In this document: piece by piece, positions 49,741 through 59,343 of the stretch
Numbering within the stretch: position 1 is the first letter of the stretch
Layout: the number at the start of each line of letters is the position of its first letter
Assembly: GCA_964603945.1 (NCBI GenBank)
Contig: CAZRWP010000003.1
Location: 6,830 to 70,829, forward strand
DNA: 64,000 bases
Origin: an uncultured Pseudomonadales bacterium
GTDB taxonomy: Bacteria; Patescibacteriota; Microgenomatia; UBA1400; UBA1396
Direction: 5' to 3'
The notes under the pieces: generated by a model
Database searches by the model: none
The model's input: the letters and a program-made list of their open reading frames with translations, nothing else
Told to the model about the DNA's origin: nothing
Translations under genes and position numbers: made by a program

Positions 49741-49830
49741 TGTAAGCCTCACTTACACAATGTTCACCTCAAGGAAGCCTCACCCGGGTGAGGCTTCCTT
49801 GAGGAAGTGTGAATGTAAGCCTCGCTTACA
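49741..49830. repeat. Family B long-hairpin element copy 1 (38-bp perfect palindrome CCTCAAGGAAGCCTCACCCGGGTGAGGCTTCCTTGAGG at 49767–49804 with flanking TGTAAGCCTCRCTTACA repeats)
   Basis: Read directly; sits immediately upstream of the -35 of the rRNA promoter. Confidence 0.9.
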
Positions 49831-49842
49831 ATTCCTCCCTCC

Positions 49843-49870
49843 TTGACACCTGGCGGACCCCATGTACAAT
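49843..49870 (+). promoter_or_regulatory. Strong sigma70-type promoter TTGACA-16-TACAAT, likely the 16S rRNA promoter
   Basis: Consensus -35 and near-consensus -10 about 430 nt upstream of the mature 16S 5' end. Confidence 0.55.
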
Positions 49871-50232
49871 ACAAACTCCGAGACCACATTTTTCTGTGGT
49901 ATTTCTACTCGTGAAGCTAAAAAGCAGTTTGTCCAACTTTCAGTTGGCCGCCTGCAGATAGATAGCGATCAGCTCGGAAACGCTCGTGAACAAGTAAAAG
50001 ATTACAGCAGTGTGATTGAAGATTGGTCAGCCGACTCAAAGTTGATTGCAAATTTTAGAATGATTCAATTTTATTATTGAATCGCTAACTTTGAATTTCC
50101 CTTTTGAGTCAGCCAAAAATCTTTAGTTATACAAGGAATTCGGTCAAGACACTTTTGCAGGGTCTGTGACCGATCCAATACAATACAAGAACTTTCTAAG
50201 TCCCATCGGGCTTAGAAAGAGAAGATAGACAT

Positions 50233-50250
50233 TACACAAACTGACAGGAT
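50233..50250 (+). other. 5' half of the 16S precursor processing stem (pairs perfectly with 51892–51909)
   Basis: ACACAAACTGACAGGATG is the exact reverse complement of CATCCTGTCAGTTTGTGT downstream of the 16S. Confidence 0.7.
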
Positions 50251-50299
50251 GCTCTGACGAGGAATATCTTGTCATTTGTGATAAGTTATTCCGTCAATT

Positions 50300-51799
<1,500 letters not shown>

Positions 51800-51891
51800 T
51801 AAGGAGTTTGAGGTGGAGACTCACGCCTCTTTCCTCGCTCGACAGCAATGTCAGCAAAAACTCCAAGACCCGTGGACATAATTGCCCGGGC

Positions 51892-51909
51892 CATCCTGTC
51901 AGTTTGTGT
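51892..51909 (+). other. 3' half of the 16S precursor processing stem
   Basis: See the 5' half-stem feature (50233–50250). Confidence 0.7.
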
Positions 51910-51956
51910 GGTGTTTATTGATAAACGCTGTGATCTTTTACTTTTTAAAATTGATG

Positions 51957-51986
51957 AAAAGCGCTCTAGGGGCGCTTTTTTCATAA
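51957..51986 (+). terminator. Intrinsic terminator after the 16S rRNA (AAAAGCGC-TCTAGGG-GCGCTTTTTT)
   Basis: GC stem with T-tract ~160 nt after the 16S 3' end; implies the 16S is not co-transcribed with a 23S. Confidence 0.6.
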
Positions 51987-52089
51987 TTATTTTGCCAGAA
52001 TTTTAATTTGTTATTGATGATTATGCTTAAATTCTAACCATAGCTGATGAAATCAGTGATATCATAGGGGCAAATTAGAGAGGGCGAAT

Positions 52090-52449
52090 ATGGGAGAAGG
52101 TTTAGGAGATGGCGGTGGGGCCAGTCAGCGACGAGAAAGAGCTGAGAGAGATAAAAAACTAATTAATGTACGCGTTCAGTTTCCAAACAGAGACAGATTG
52201 TCGACGATGATATTTGGTCATGGCATAATTGAAAGTAACCCGCAGGCGCTTGTTCTAATTGATAGAATTGGAGGCCAATTACTTTCCGCTGAGCAATTTG
52301 TTGATGTCTGGATTGAAGTATTTAACGGTAATCAAAGGCAAGATCTAAATAATATTATGGGATTGTTTGAACTTGGTCAGCCTTTTCAACAAGAAGTTCG
52401 GAAAATACTCGGGCAAAAATTGATGGATTCTTACCTATCCACCCGTTAA
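52090..52449 (+). CDS. hypothetical protein
   Basis: 119-aa ORF between the 16S and the HD-domain gene; weak support. Confidence 0.3.
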   Translation: MGEGLGDGGGASQRRERAERDKKLINVRVQFPNRDRLSTMIFGHGIIESNPQALVLIDRIGGQLLSAEQFVDVWIEVFNGNQRQDLNNIMGLFELGQPFQQEVRKILGQKLMDSYLSTR

Positions 52450-52496
52450 ATAATTGGGGTAATTAAGTTGTTTTTAATTTAGTCTCGTTATTTGTT

Positions 52497-53027
52497 TTAA
52501 CGGTTAAACACTTCAATTAAAAAACCGACGTGCTCGGCTAATGGTTTGTCGATGAGTTGAGCGCCTTGCTCAATGTCGTCGCGGCTGACATTAGCGGCAA
52601 AACTTTTGTTTTTGAGTTTTTTATTAACGGATGACCATTTCATGCCGGCAAATTTGGCCGGTCGCACCTTGGCTACCGCGTCTAAAAAGCCGCAAATTTC
52701 ATCACAGGCAAACAAATAGCGTTCAATTTGGGTGTCGGGTTGTTGGCCGGTGCGGTCAGGCGCGTGGGCGGTGATGGCCGCAATGATTTCAGCTGGAACG
52801 TCAGCTTGGGGCAAAATGTCGTTAACAGCTTTATTGGGGTGTTCATCCGGAAACTGTTCCCAATCAAGATCATGCAAAAGGCCGGCGATATACCAGGAGT
52901 CAGTATCCTGATTAAGATTATTAGCGTAGGCTTCCATGGCCTGAGCCACCATCTGACAGTGCCGGCGAAGCGAGGGATTTGCAATGTATTTTTCCATGAG
53001 TTGCTGAGCTTCTTGACGGGAGATCAT
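52497..53027 (-). CDS. HD-domain metal-dependent phosphohydrolase
   Basis: The H...HD motif (IAGLLHDLDWEQ) and downstream D; 176 aa. Confidence 0.6.
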   Translation of the reverse strand: MISRQEAQQLMEKYIANPSLRRHCQMVAQAMEAYANNLNQDTDSWYIAGLLHDLDWEQFPDEHPNKAVNDILPQADVPAEIIAAITAHAPDRTGQQPDTQIERYLFACDEICGFLDAVAKVRPAKFAGMKWSSVNKKLKNKSFAANVSRDDIEQGAQLIDKPLAEHVGFLIEVFNR

Positions 53028-53233
53028 AGGGGTTAGGATAAACCCTAAAGACTAATAGCTCAAGAGCGACTAATAGTGATTAATTTATCTGCTTTGTGCA
53101 ATTGAGCGCAATCGGCCCAAGGGTTTATATGGATACTTTTGCAATTACAATGGCCCGATATTCCTTTTAGGCAAAGTTTTGTTACAATACGCTGTATGCT
53201 TGCAAGCCTGGTCGTGGCTAGTTTGCAACCCAA

Positions 53234-53307
53234 GAGAGTATAGCTCAGTTGGTTAGAGCGCAGTCCTGATAAGACTGAGGCCCCTGGTTCGAGTCCAGGT
53301 ACTCTCA
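53234..53307 (+). tRNA. tRNA-Ile (anticodon GAT)
   Basis: Acceptor GAGAGTA/TACTCTC, D-arm AGCTCAGTTGGTTAGAGC, anticodon loop CTGATAA, T-arm GGTTCGAGTCC; no encoded CCA. Confidence 0.9.
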
Positions 53308-53527
53308 CATCCTTCTTTCCCCTTTTGCTCCACAAGGAAGGCTAAAGCCTTGGCTTTCGTCGCAAAAGGCAAAAGAAGTTTCTAGGTTTATTTCTGAGTT
53401 GGTCTAGAGTCCAATTGGCTAGAATGCTAAAAACATTTCTGCTTTTTTGTATGTCTCATAAAATATGGTATTACTAAATTATTAAAGCGTAGCGGCAATC
53501 TCCCCTGATATAATAACCTTCTTAGCG

Positions 53528-53603
53528 GGCCCATAGCTCAGTTGGCTAGAGCGCTTCATTTGCAATGAAGAGGTCAGGAGTTCGAGTCTCCTTGGGTCCA
53601 CCA
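53528..53603 (+). tRNA. tRNA-Ala (anticodon TGC) with encoded CCA
   Basis: Acceptor GGGCCCA/TGGGTCC with the G3:U70 Ala identity pair, anticodon loop TTTGCAA, T-arm GAGTTCGAGTCTC, 3' CCA. Confidence 0.9.
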
Positions 53604-53682
53604 ACAATTTTTACTAGATAAAGCTGATATTGGAAGGTATAAATTTGTAAAAATTTGAATTTTGTTGATAGTTAAAATTAAA

Positions 53683-53946
53683 TTATCTTATCTCACGGAG
53701 GCCAATTTCATTTACATCTGCCGGAACAGCGCCGGAATTAAGGGGTGGCAAAGCATCGCCGGCTTTATCTACTAATTTTCCAAAGCCAACGCCGGTTGAA
53801 ATAGCCAGAATAATCATGGTAATGATGGCTAGCGAGGAAGCTTTATGAGGCTCGTCTTCATTGGCAGGAAGACAATTACTGATAAAATCTTTTAATTTTC
53901 TGGATAGATTGGGGCTTGTTGTTTCTGCTGAAGAATTAATGGCCAT
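53683..53946 (-). CDS. small hypothetical membrane protein
   Basis: 87 aa with one TM helix (LAIITMIILAISTGVGF). Confidence 0.3.
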   Translation of the reverse strand: MAINSSAETTSPNLSRKLKDFISNCLPANEDEPHKASSLAIITMIILAISTGVGFGKLVDKAGDALPPLNSGAVPADVNEIGLREIR

Positions 53947-54017
53947 GCTTATCCGTAGTCTAACACAATTACTTTTCAGGCCGGAAAACTTGCACTTTGA
54001 ACTGTTTGGCAGCTTGT

Positions 54018-54269
54018 TTAATTGTCAGGACCAAAACGAATACTCGACCCCTGATTGTAAACCTTGGCTACTTGCTCGGATGAGAGGGCGTAGTTGTAGA
54101 TTTGCACGTCGTCGAGCTGGCCGATATGTGGATATAAATTATTGGCGGTTTTGCCTATGCTTAGGCCTGATTCATTTACTATACTTCCAGAAGCGCTAGT
54201 TGTTCCTACCTCTTTTCCGTCGAAATATATCTTGATGTCTGATCCGTTATAGGCGCCTGTTACACTAGT
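54018..54269 (-). pseudogene. Start-less C-terminal fragment of a LamG/concanavalin-A-like lectin-domain protein (gene remnant)
   Basis: An 83-codon open frame bounded upstream by a stop, with no Met or alternative start; it translates to TSVTGAYNGSDIKIYFDGKEVGTT...GQLDDVQIYNYALSSEQVAKVYNQG, the characteristic LamG C-terminal strand motif (DDVRIYNRALSxxEI). Absent from the ORF track because it lacks a start. Confidence 0.5.
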
Positions 54270-54287
54270 TTAAGTCGACGTCACAGC

Positions 54288-55031
54288 TTACGCCAACACG
54301 GTCTCGACGTCAGTGGCGATCAAGGTGCCGACTTCTTCTCCCTGGCAGGCGCGCAGTAAATTGTCACCCTCAAACAGTTTAAAGATCTGGATTGGCATGT
54401 TGTTTTCCATCGACATAGAAAGGCCGGCTGTGTCCATGACCTGAATTTCCGGTTGCGTAATGGCGTCGCGGTAGGTCATGGTTTTATAGCGCTTGGCGTC
54501 AGGATATTTCATGGGATCCTTGTCATAAATACCGTCGACCTTGGTGGCTTTCATGACGACTTCACAATGAAGTTCCAAGGCGTGCAGAGTGGCGCCGGTG
54601 TCGGTGGTAACGTAGGGATTGCCGGTGCCGGCCGTTAGGATGAGTAAACGGTTTTTCTCCAGATGACGCAGAGCTTTGTTGCGGATGAAGGGCTCGGCCA
54701 CTTCAGGCATGCTGAGTGCAGTTTGGACGCGGGTAGGGACTTCAAGTTGAATAAGCGCGTCTTGCAGGGCTAAGCCATTCATGACGGTGGCTAACATGCC
54801 CATGTAATCTGCGGTGGCGCGGTCAAAACCGCTTCGGCTAGCTGATAATCCGCGGAAAATATTGCCGCCGCCAACCACAACTGCCACCTGAATTCCCATG
54901 TCATGAACTTCTTTAAGTTTTAGTCCGACTTCGGTCGCCGCCTCATTAGAGATTCCATATTCGCGGTCACCCATTAATGACTCGCCGCCCACCTTGATCA
55001 TGACTCGCTTGTAGCCAGTAGAATTTTTCAT
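54288..55031 (-). CDS. pyrH: UMP kinase
   Basis: MIKVGGESLMG...VAVVVGGGNIFRG and the amino acid kinase fold. Confidence 0.9.
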   Translation of the reverse strand: MKNSTGYKRVMIKVGGESLMGDREYGISNEAATEVGLKLKEVHDMGIQVAVVVGGGNIFRGLSASRSGFDRATADYMGMLATVMNGLALQDALIQLEVPTRVQTALSMPEVAEPFIRNKALRHLEKNRLLILTAGTGNPYVTTDTGATLHALELHCEVVMKATKVDGIYDKDPMKYPDAKRYKTMTYRDAITQPEIQVMDTAGLSMSMENNMPIQIFKLFEGDNLLRACQGEEVGTLIATDVETVLA

Positions 55032-55094
55032 ATTTCCCTTTCTTTCAAGTTAGGCCTGCAGTACTTGGATTGCGACCGTTTGCTCTGGCTGTCT

Positions 55095-55195
55095 GGCGAG
55101 CTGAGGTTCAGATTGAACTCACCTGCTGTCGAGCTGATGTTCATCTTGAGCTCAGATTCCAGCGAGCTGAGTCTGACACTTGTGGCCAGTTTACA
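55095..55195. repeat. Three imperfect ~33-bp direct repeats beginning CGAGCTGA in the pyrH–pgk intergenic region
   Basis: GGCGAGCTGAGGTTCAGATTGAACTCACCTGCTGT / CGAGCTGATGTTCATCTTGAGCTCAGATTCCAG / CGAGCTGAGTCTGACACTTGTGG; overlapped by a low-complexity 99-aa minus-strand ORF of doubtful reality. Confidence 0.6.
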
Positions 55196-55310
55196 GCAAT
55201 CGCTTTTAGCCGAGGCATTGTCACGGGCTAGTTGAGGCGAACCAACCCTCCGGGAAATCCGGATATTGCCGGTATTGTAACGGTTTGCCCGGCTGAAAGG
55301 CAAGGAGGAG

Positions 55311-55427
55311 GGAATTGTAAGCGTCACTTACAAACACTCTTCCTCAAGTAAGCCTCACCCGGGTGAGGCTTACTTGAGGTGCACCTTGTGTAAGTGAGGC
55401 TTACAATTAAGTGACGCTTACAATTCC
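55311..55427. repeat. Family B long-hairpin element copy 2 (38-bp perfect palindrome CCTCAAGTAAGCCTCACCCGGGTGAGGCTTACTTGAGG at 55342–55379 nested inside a 23-bp outer inverted repeat GGAATTGTAAGCGTCACTTACAA)
   Basis: Read directly; lies ~45 bp upstream of the pgk start. Confidence 0.9.
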
Positions 55428-55471
55428 CAATTCCCACCACTCCTGCCGGAAACATCCGCTATAATACCCCC

Positions 55472-56488
55472 ATGTATTATCTCAAGTCCCTCGATCTGCG
55501 TGAAAAAAAAGTTCTGCTTCGACTGGATCTGGATTTACCGGAAAATCAGGATGGTTTTGACCAGACGCGTCTGGATTATGGTTTGCCGACACTTCAGACG
55601 ATTCTCAAAAAACATATCGACAGTGTTCACATAATTGGTCATCGTGGTCGCCCCAATGGCAAAAATTCAAAAAAATACTCATTAAAACCAATTGAGAAAC
55701 TCATTTTGGATAAAATTGATGCCAAATTTCACGACAAAATCAGCTTTGGTGAAAATCTGCGCTTTGACCCGGGTGAAGAAAAAAATACTAAGACATTTGC
55801 CAAACAATTAGCCAAAGGATTTGATGTATACGTCAATGATGCCTTTGCTACCGCCCATCGCGAGCACGCTTCGGTGGTGCAATTGCCTTATTTATTGCCA
55901 ACCGTGATGGGTCGTCAGTTTGAAAAAGAAATCAAAGTATTACGCCAAATTGTGTACGCGCCTAAGCGTCCGCTAACTTTGATACTCGGCGGAGCCAAGC
56001 CAGAAAAACTGGAATATATCGACAAATTATTTGATCACTTTAACGTGTTTTTAGTCGGCGGCAAATTAGCTGAAGACAACAAGCACCTAGAAGAAACAAA
56101 CCGCAAGTTGATTGTGGCCAATTTAACTGAAGACGGGCTCGATATGGATGTCGACAGTACTGAGCAATTTGACCGGTTTATCAAAGCTTCTGAAACAGTT
56201 GTTTGGAATGGTCCACTGGGTAAATACGAAGATGGCGAGCACCACCTGGCGACTGAATTTATTGCCAACTCCATGGCGCGATCCAAGGTTTACAGTTACG
56301 TGTGCGGCGGCGATACCGAGGCCGCGTTGGATCACCTGGGATTTGAACACAAGAATTTCAATCATGTGTCTACTGGCGGCGGCGCGGTGATGGAATACCT
56401 GGCTAACGGAACTTTGCCGGGTCAGAAAGCCATAGAAGAAAGCCAAAAACAGTTTGAATGGGACGAACTACTTGAATTTGTAGCCTAG
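55472..56488 (+). CDS. pgk: Phosphoglycerate kinase (compact, 338 aa)
   Basis: RLDLDLP, IGHRGRPNG, NDAFATAHREHAS, WNGPLGKYE and STGGGA motifs. Confidence 0.9.
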   Translation: MYYLKSLDLREKKVLLRLDLDLPENQDGFDQTRLDYGLPTLQTILKKHIDSVHIIGHRGRPNGKNSKKYSLKPIEKLILDKIDAKFHDKISFGENLRFDPGEEKNTKTFAKQLAKGFDVYVNDAFATAHREHASVVQLPYLLPTVMGRQFEKEIKVLRQIVYAPKRPLTLILGGAKPEKLEYIDKLFDHFNVFLVGGKLAEDNKHLEETNRKLIVANLTEDGLDMDVDSTEQFDRFIKASETVVWNGPLGKYEDGEHHLATEFIANSMARSKVYSYVCGGDTEAALDHLGFEHKNFNHVSTGGGAVMEYLANGTLPGQKAIEESQKQFEWDELLEFVA

Positions 56489-56591
56489 ACACCTTTTTAC
56501 TAAAATCGTAGAGTAACTTCTCGCTTGAATTAAGTCTAATATCACTGGTTTATCCTAAAAAGTAGATATATCTCAAAACTAAGGTGTCTCC

Positions 56592-58007
56592 CTAAATAAC
56601 TGTAAAATAGGACGCCTCTTGGCTGTAGGCAATGGGATCAAACAATAAAATTGCTGCGATACTCGCCAAAATTACTAAACTGAGTATTATCCATTGCGAT
56701 CTAATCCACCAACGGTTAGGCAAGAAGCTAACTGCGCCAATAACACCCAAAATCCCCAAGACTAACCAATCTGGCAAACCGCCATTACCTAAGGTTGCCA
56801 AGCCGGTGTAAAGATAAATTAATCTAAATTGCAATATTAAAAATAAATTTATAATAAACAAGAAAACACGTTTTCTTTGAGTAATAGATTCGGTCCAAAG
56901 ATAACCCAAGGAAGCAAAAAATAGCGGAAATAGTGGATACCAGTACCAACCATAACTACCATGTCCTCCAGAGGTATTTGGGGCTTGAACCCATTCACCG
57001 ACCGTGGCAGCTAAAAATATCAGATAAACCGAAGCAAAAACATACATGCGTTTAACGGCTATTTTTTTAGGCAGATTAAAGGCCAAGACGATAAAAGAGA
57101 GTTTGGCCGCAATCAATAATCCGTCAAAAAATATTGTATCTATTGCCTTGGGCTTACCAAAAAAGCCAAGTAGGATAGTTAAAAATGTGGTATGTCGATA
57201 AGATCCTTGCAAAAGCTGAATGTTGAGAAATTGCTCTAAGTCAAATATGGAAGCATAGGCAATTAAAAGACTTATACCAATCAGGGCACCGGCAATGACA
57301 CCAATCATTTCTCGCCAACGTTTTTCCATCATTAAAACCAAAGTGTGTGCAAGCACCATCGCTAAGCCAGCAATTTTTATTAGTGGGTAGAGAAAATTTA
57401 TAAATTCCGATTCAAGCCCTCTAATTTTTTGGTTAAATTTTGGCTCAAGTAATATTAATTGGCCCAGCATTAGCGGTGTCAGTAAGTTTTCAGCTAAAAT
57501 CATTCTATTGCCCAATATTGCAGAGGGCGCAACAGCATACAAAACTAGAGTAGTTAATGAGGCGGTTCGATTCATCCAAGATCTTGACCAGGCGTAAAGC
57601 AACCACATTGTTAAGCCGCTCAGCAAAACCATGGGAAGTCGTAATATTCCTAGTGATATCGGATTTTGCCAAGTATTTCCGCTCAAAGTTTGAATTGTTC
57701 CAGGCAAAAGACTAAAAAGAGGCGGATGATCCATAAATGGACTGACAATCGGGAAATAATGGCCGGCAATGATTGTATTATCAACTTGAGGATAAGGAAA
57801 ATATGACCAACCTACCGGCACTTGATTTTGTATCAGTGAGCTTCCCATAAAAATCCAAGCATATTCATCGGCGGTTTCTCCAGGGGACGGTATCTCGCCA
57901 AGCTGATAGAGACGCAGGCTAAGACCTAATAGGATAATTATTATGGCTAAGATTGACGAGGTTTGTTTGGATAATACTAATTCACGCCATTTGACTTGAA
58001 ATTTCAT
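56592..58007 (-). CDS. GT-C fold membrane glycosyltransferase (GT39/GT83, PMT/ArnT-like)
   Basis: About 11 TM helices; first-loop acidic motif GETADEYAW (DE motif). Confidence 0.5.
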   Translation of the reverse strand: MKFQVKWRELVLSKQTSSILAIIIILLGLSLRLYQLGEIPSPGETADEYAWIFMGSSLIQNQVPVGWSYFPYPQVDNTIIAGHYFPIVSPFMDHPPLFSLLPGTIQTLSGNTWQNPISLGILRLPMVLLSGLTMWLLYAWSRSWMNRTASLTTLVLYAVAPSAILGNRMILAENLLTPLMLGQLILLEPKFNQKIRGLESEFINFLYPLIKIAGLAMVLAHTLVLMMEKRWREMIGVIAGALIGISLLIAYASIFDLEQFLNIQLLQGSYRHTTFLTILLGFFGKPKAIDTIFFDGLLIAAKLSFIVLAFNLPKKIAVKRMYVFASVYLIFLAATVGEWVQAPNTSGGHGSYGWYWYPLFPLFFASLGYLWTESITQRKRVFLFIINLFLILQFRLIYLYTGLATLGNGGLPDWLVLGILGVIGAVSFLPNRWWIRSQWIILSLVILASIAAILLFDPIAYSQEASYFTVI

Positions 58008-58309
58008 AAGTTTGCAGATGTACCAATAGCATTATATCTGAACAAAATTGTTTTTGTGATTTATTAGTGGTTATTTGCTGATTGTATCTGTCTCATTTAT
58101 TTGCTAACTTTTAATTTGCTGTGGAACATAGTGAAATTCTATGACTGTGCCGCAACGGTGATTCCAAACACGGAAAGTCCGATCTTCAGCAAAAGAGAAA
58201 TCTTGACGAGCATCGAGGAATTATTGTCGGCATATATCTGAAAAATTAGCCGAAAATAATTTAAACAAACGACCTTTATTTTGGACAAACCAAAAATAGG
58301 TCAACCGAT

Positions 58310-58331
58310 GCTCCCTTAAGGGAGCTTTTTT
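58310..58331 (+). terminator. Orphan intrinsic terminator on the + strand (GCTCCC-TTAA-GGGAGC followed by TTTTTTGTTT)
   Basis: Perfect 6-bp GC-rich stem, 4-nt loop and T-tract; no + strand CDS upstream in the 300-bp gap. Confidence 0.55.
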
Positions 58332-58395
58332 GTTTACCACAGCCGATAATTGTTTTGGCTTGAGGGTGTTTTCCAAAAAGTCAGGAGGAATTAAT

Positions 58396-59181
58396 ATGGC
58401 TGGACTTGAAAGTCGAGGTGCCATGAACATGAGGCGAAGGCCAACTGAAATGGCCAAGAGCATTGGAAGTCAGCCGTCGGAGATAAGAAAGAGTTGGCAA
58501 GCTTTAAGAGGGCAAGGTTTGGGGCCGGAATCGGTGGTGCAAGACTTTGAGTCGATAGGCTCAGTTGGAAATTTTGAAAGTCTGCAAAGTCTGATTCAGC
58601 TTGAGCCAGCTTTGGCGACCGGCTTAAATCAATTGCTGGGTCAATTAATTGGCAATGTAATTGAGCAAACAACGGCCAGCGAGTTAATTAGTGCTTTTGG
58701 TGTTCCGGAGTCTTTATTGGCGATGCCAGTATTTTTAGAGTTGCAGGTGATGGAAGTGGAGTCACAAAGAGCGGTGCGTCAGTCAGCTGAAATAGTCAGA
58801 TATCAATGGCAGAAGATGGTGAACCAGATAATTGCTCAGCTAAAGTTATTTCTGGCGGAAAGAATAAACTCACTTGAACAAAAAAGGCAGGCGCATCAGC
58901 ATGCTTGGCGAGACTCGCTCATGGCGGCAGGAAACACTCAGGAATTAAATGGCACGATGGCCACTTTGGATTCTCGTTTTATGTCCGAAATTTCTCAGAT
59001 AGATCAGCAAATTAAGCAGTTGAGGCAGACACTGGGTAATATTGAACAGAAAGTCCAAAAGTATGAATCCACTTGGCTGGCGCCGACGGTACTTAGGGCG
59101 AGCGAGCAGAGGGTTGGGCCGACAATTGTTTTAAACTCGGCGGAAAGGCTTGGAGCGGGCGGAGAAAGTTTAGCTGTCTAG
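58396..59181 (+). CDS. hypothetical protein (coiled-coil-rich)
   Basis: Start chosen at the ATG preceded by a strong SD AGGAGG (58383–58388) rather than the ORF-track start at 58330. Confidence 0.45.
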   Translation: MAGLESRGAMNMRRRPTEMAKSIGSQPSEIRKSWQALRGQGLGPESVVQDFESIGSVGNFESLQSLIQLEPALATGLNQLLGQLIGNVIEQTTASELISAFGVPESLLAMPVFLELQVMEVESQRAVRQSAEIVRYQWQKMVNQIIAQLKLFLAERINSLEQKRQAHQHAWRDSLMAAGNTQELNGTMATLDSRFMSEISQIDQQIKQLRQTLGNIEQKVQKYESTWLAPTVLRASEQRVGPTIVLNSAERLGAGGESLAV

Positions 59182-59235
59182 GTTGTCATGGACAATATTG
59201 GCTAGATGAAAACATGGACGACCTCAAAAATCTAA

Positions 59236-59300
59236 ATGGCCAAAGGGTCCAATTGCCAAATTGCCAAATGGCCAAATGGTCAAATGGCCAAATGGCCACC
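59236..59300. repeat. Octanucleotide microsatellite CAAATGGC/CAAATTGC/CAAATGGT, ~7 tandem copies, upstream of gap
   Basis: CCAAATTGCCAAATGGCCAAATGGTCAAATGGCCAAATGGCC read directly. Confidence 0.85.
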
Positions 59301-59343
59301 AAGTTTCTTAGTATTGCTGGACAGAACTTGCTACACTTAAGTC

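Noticed and set aside
53308-53527. Hidden RNA gene (e.g. 5S rRNA) in the 220-bp gap between tRNA-Ile and tRNA-Ala
   Set aside because: The sequence has short local stems (AAGGC...GCCTT, CCTTTTGC...GCAAAAGG) but nothing resembling 5S conserved loops. It is more likely spacer/processing structure.
55028-55327. 99-aa Ser-rich minus-strand ORF in the pyrH–pgk intergenic region
   Set aside because: It is low-complexity, overlaps the direct-repeat array and the Family B hairpin, and sits in a divergent promoter region, so it is more likely a non-coding regulatory region.
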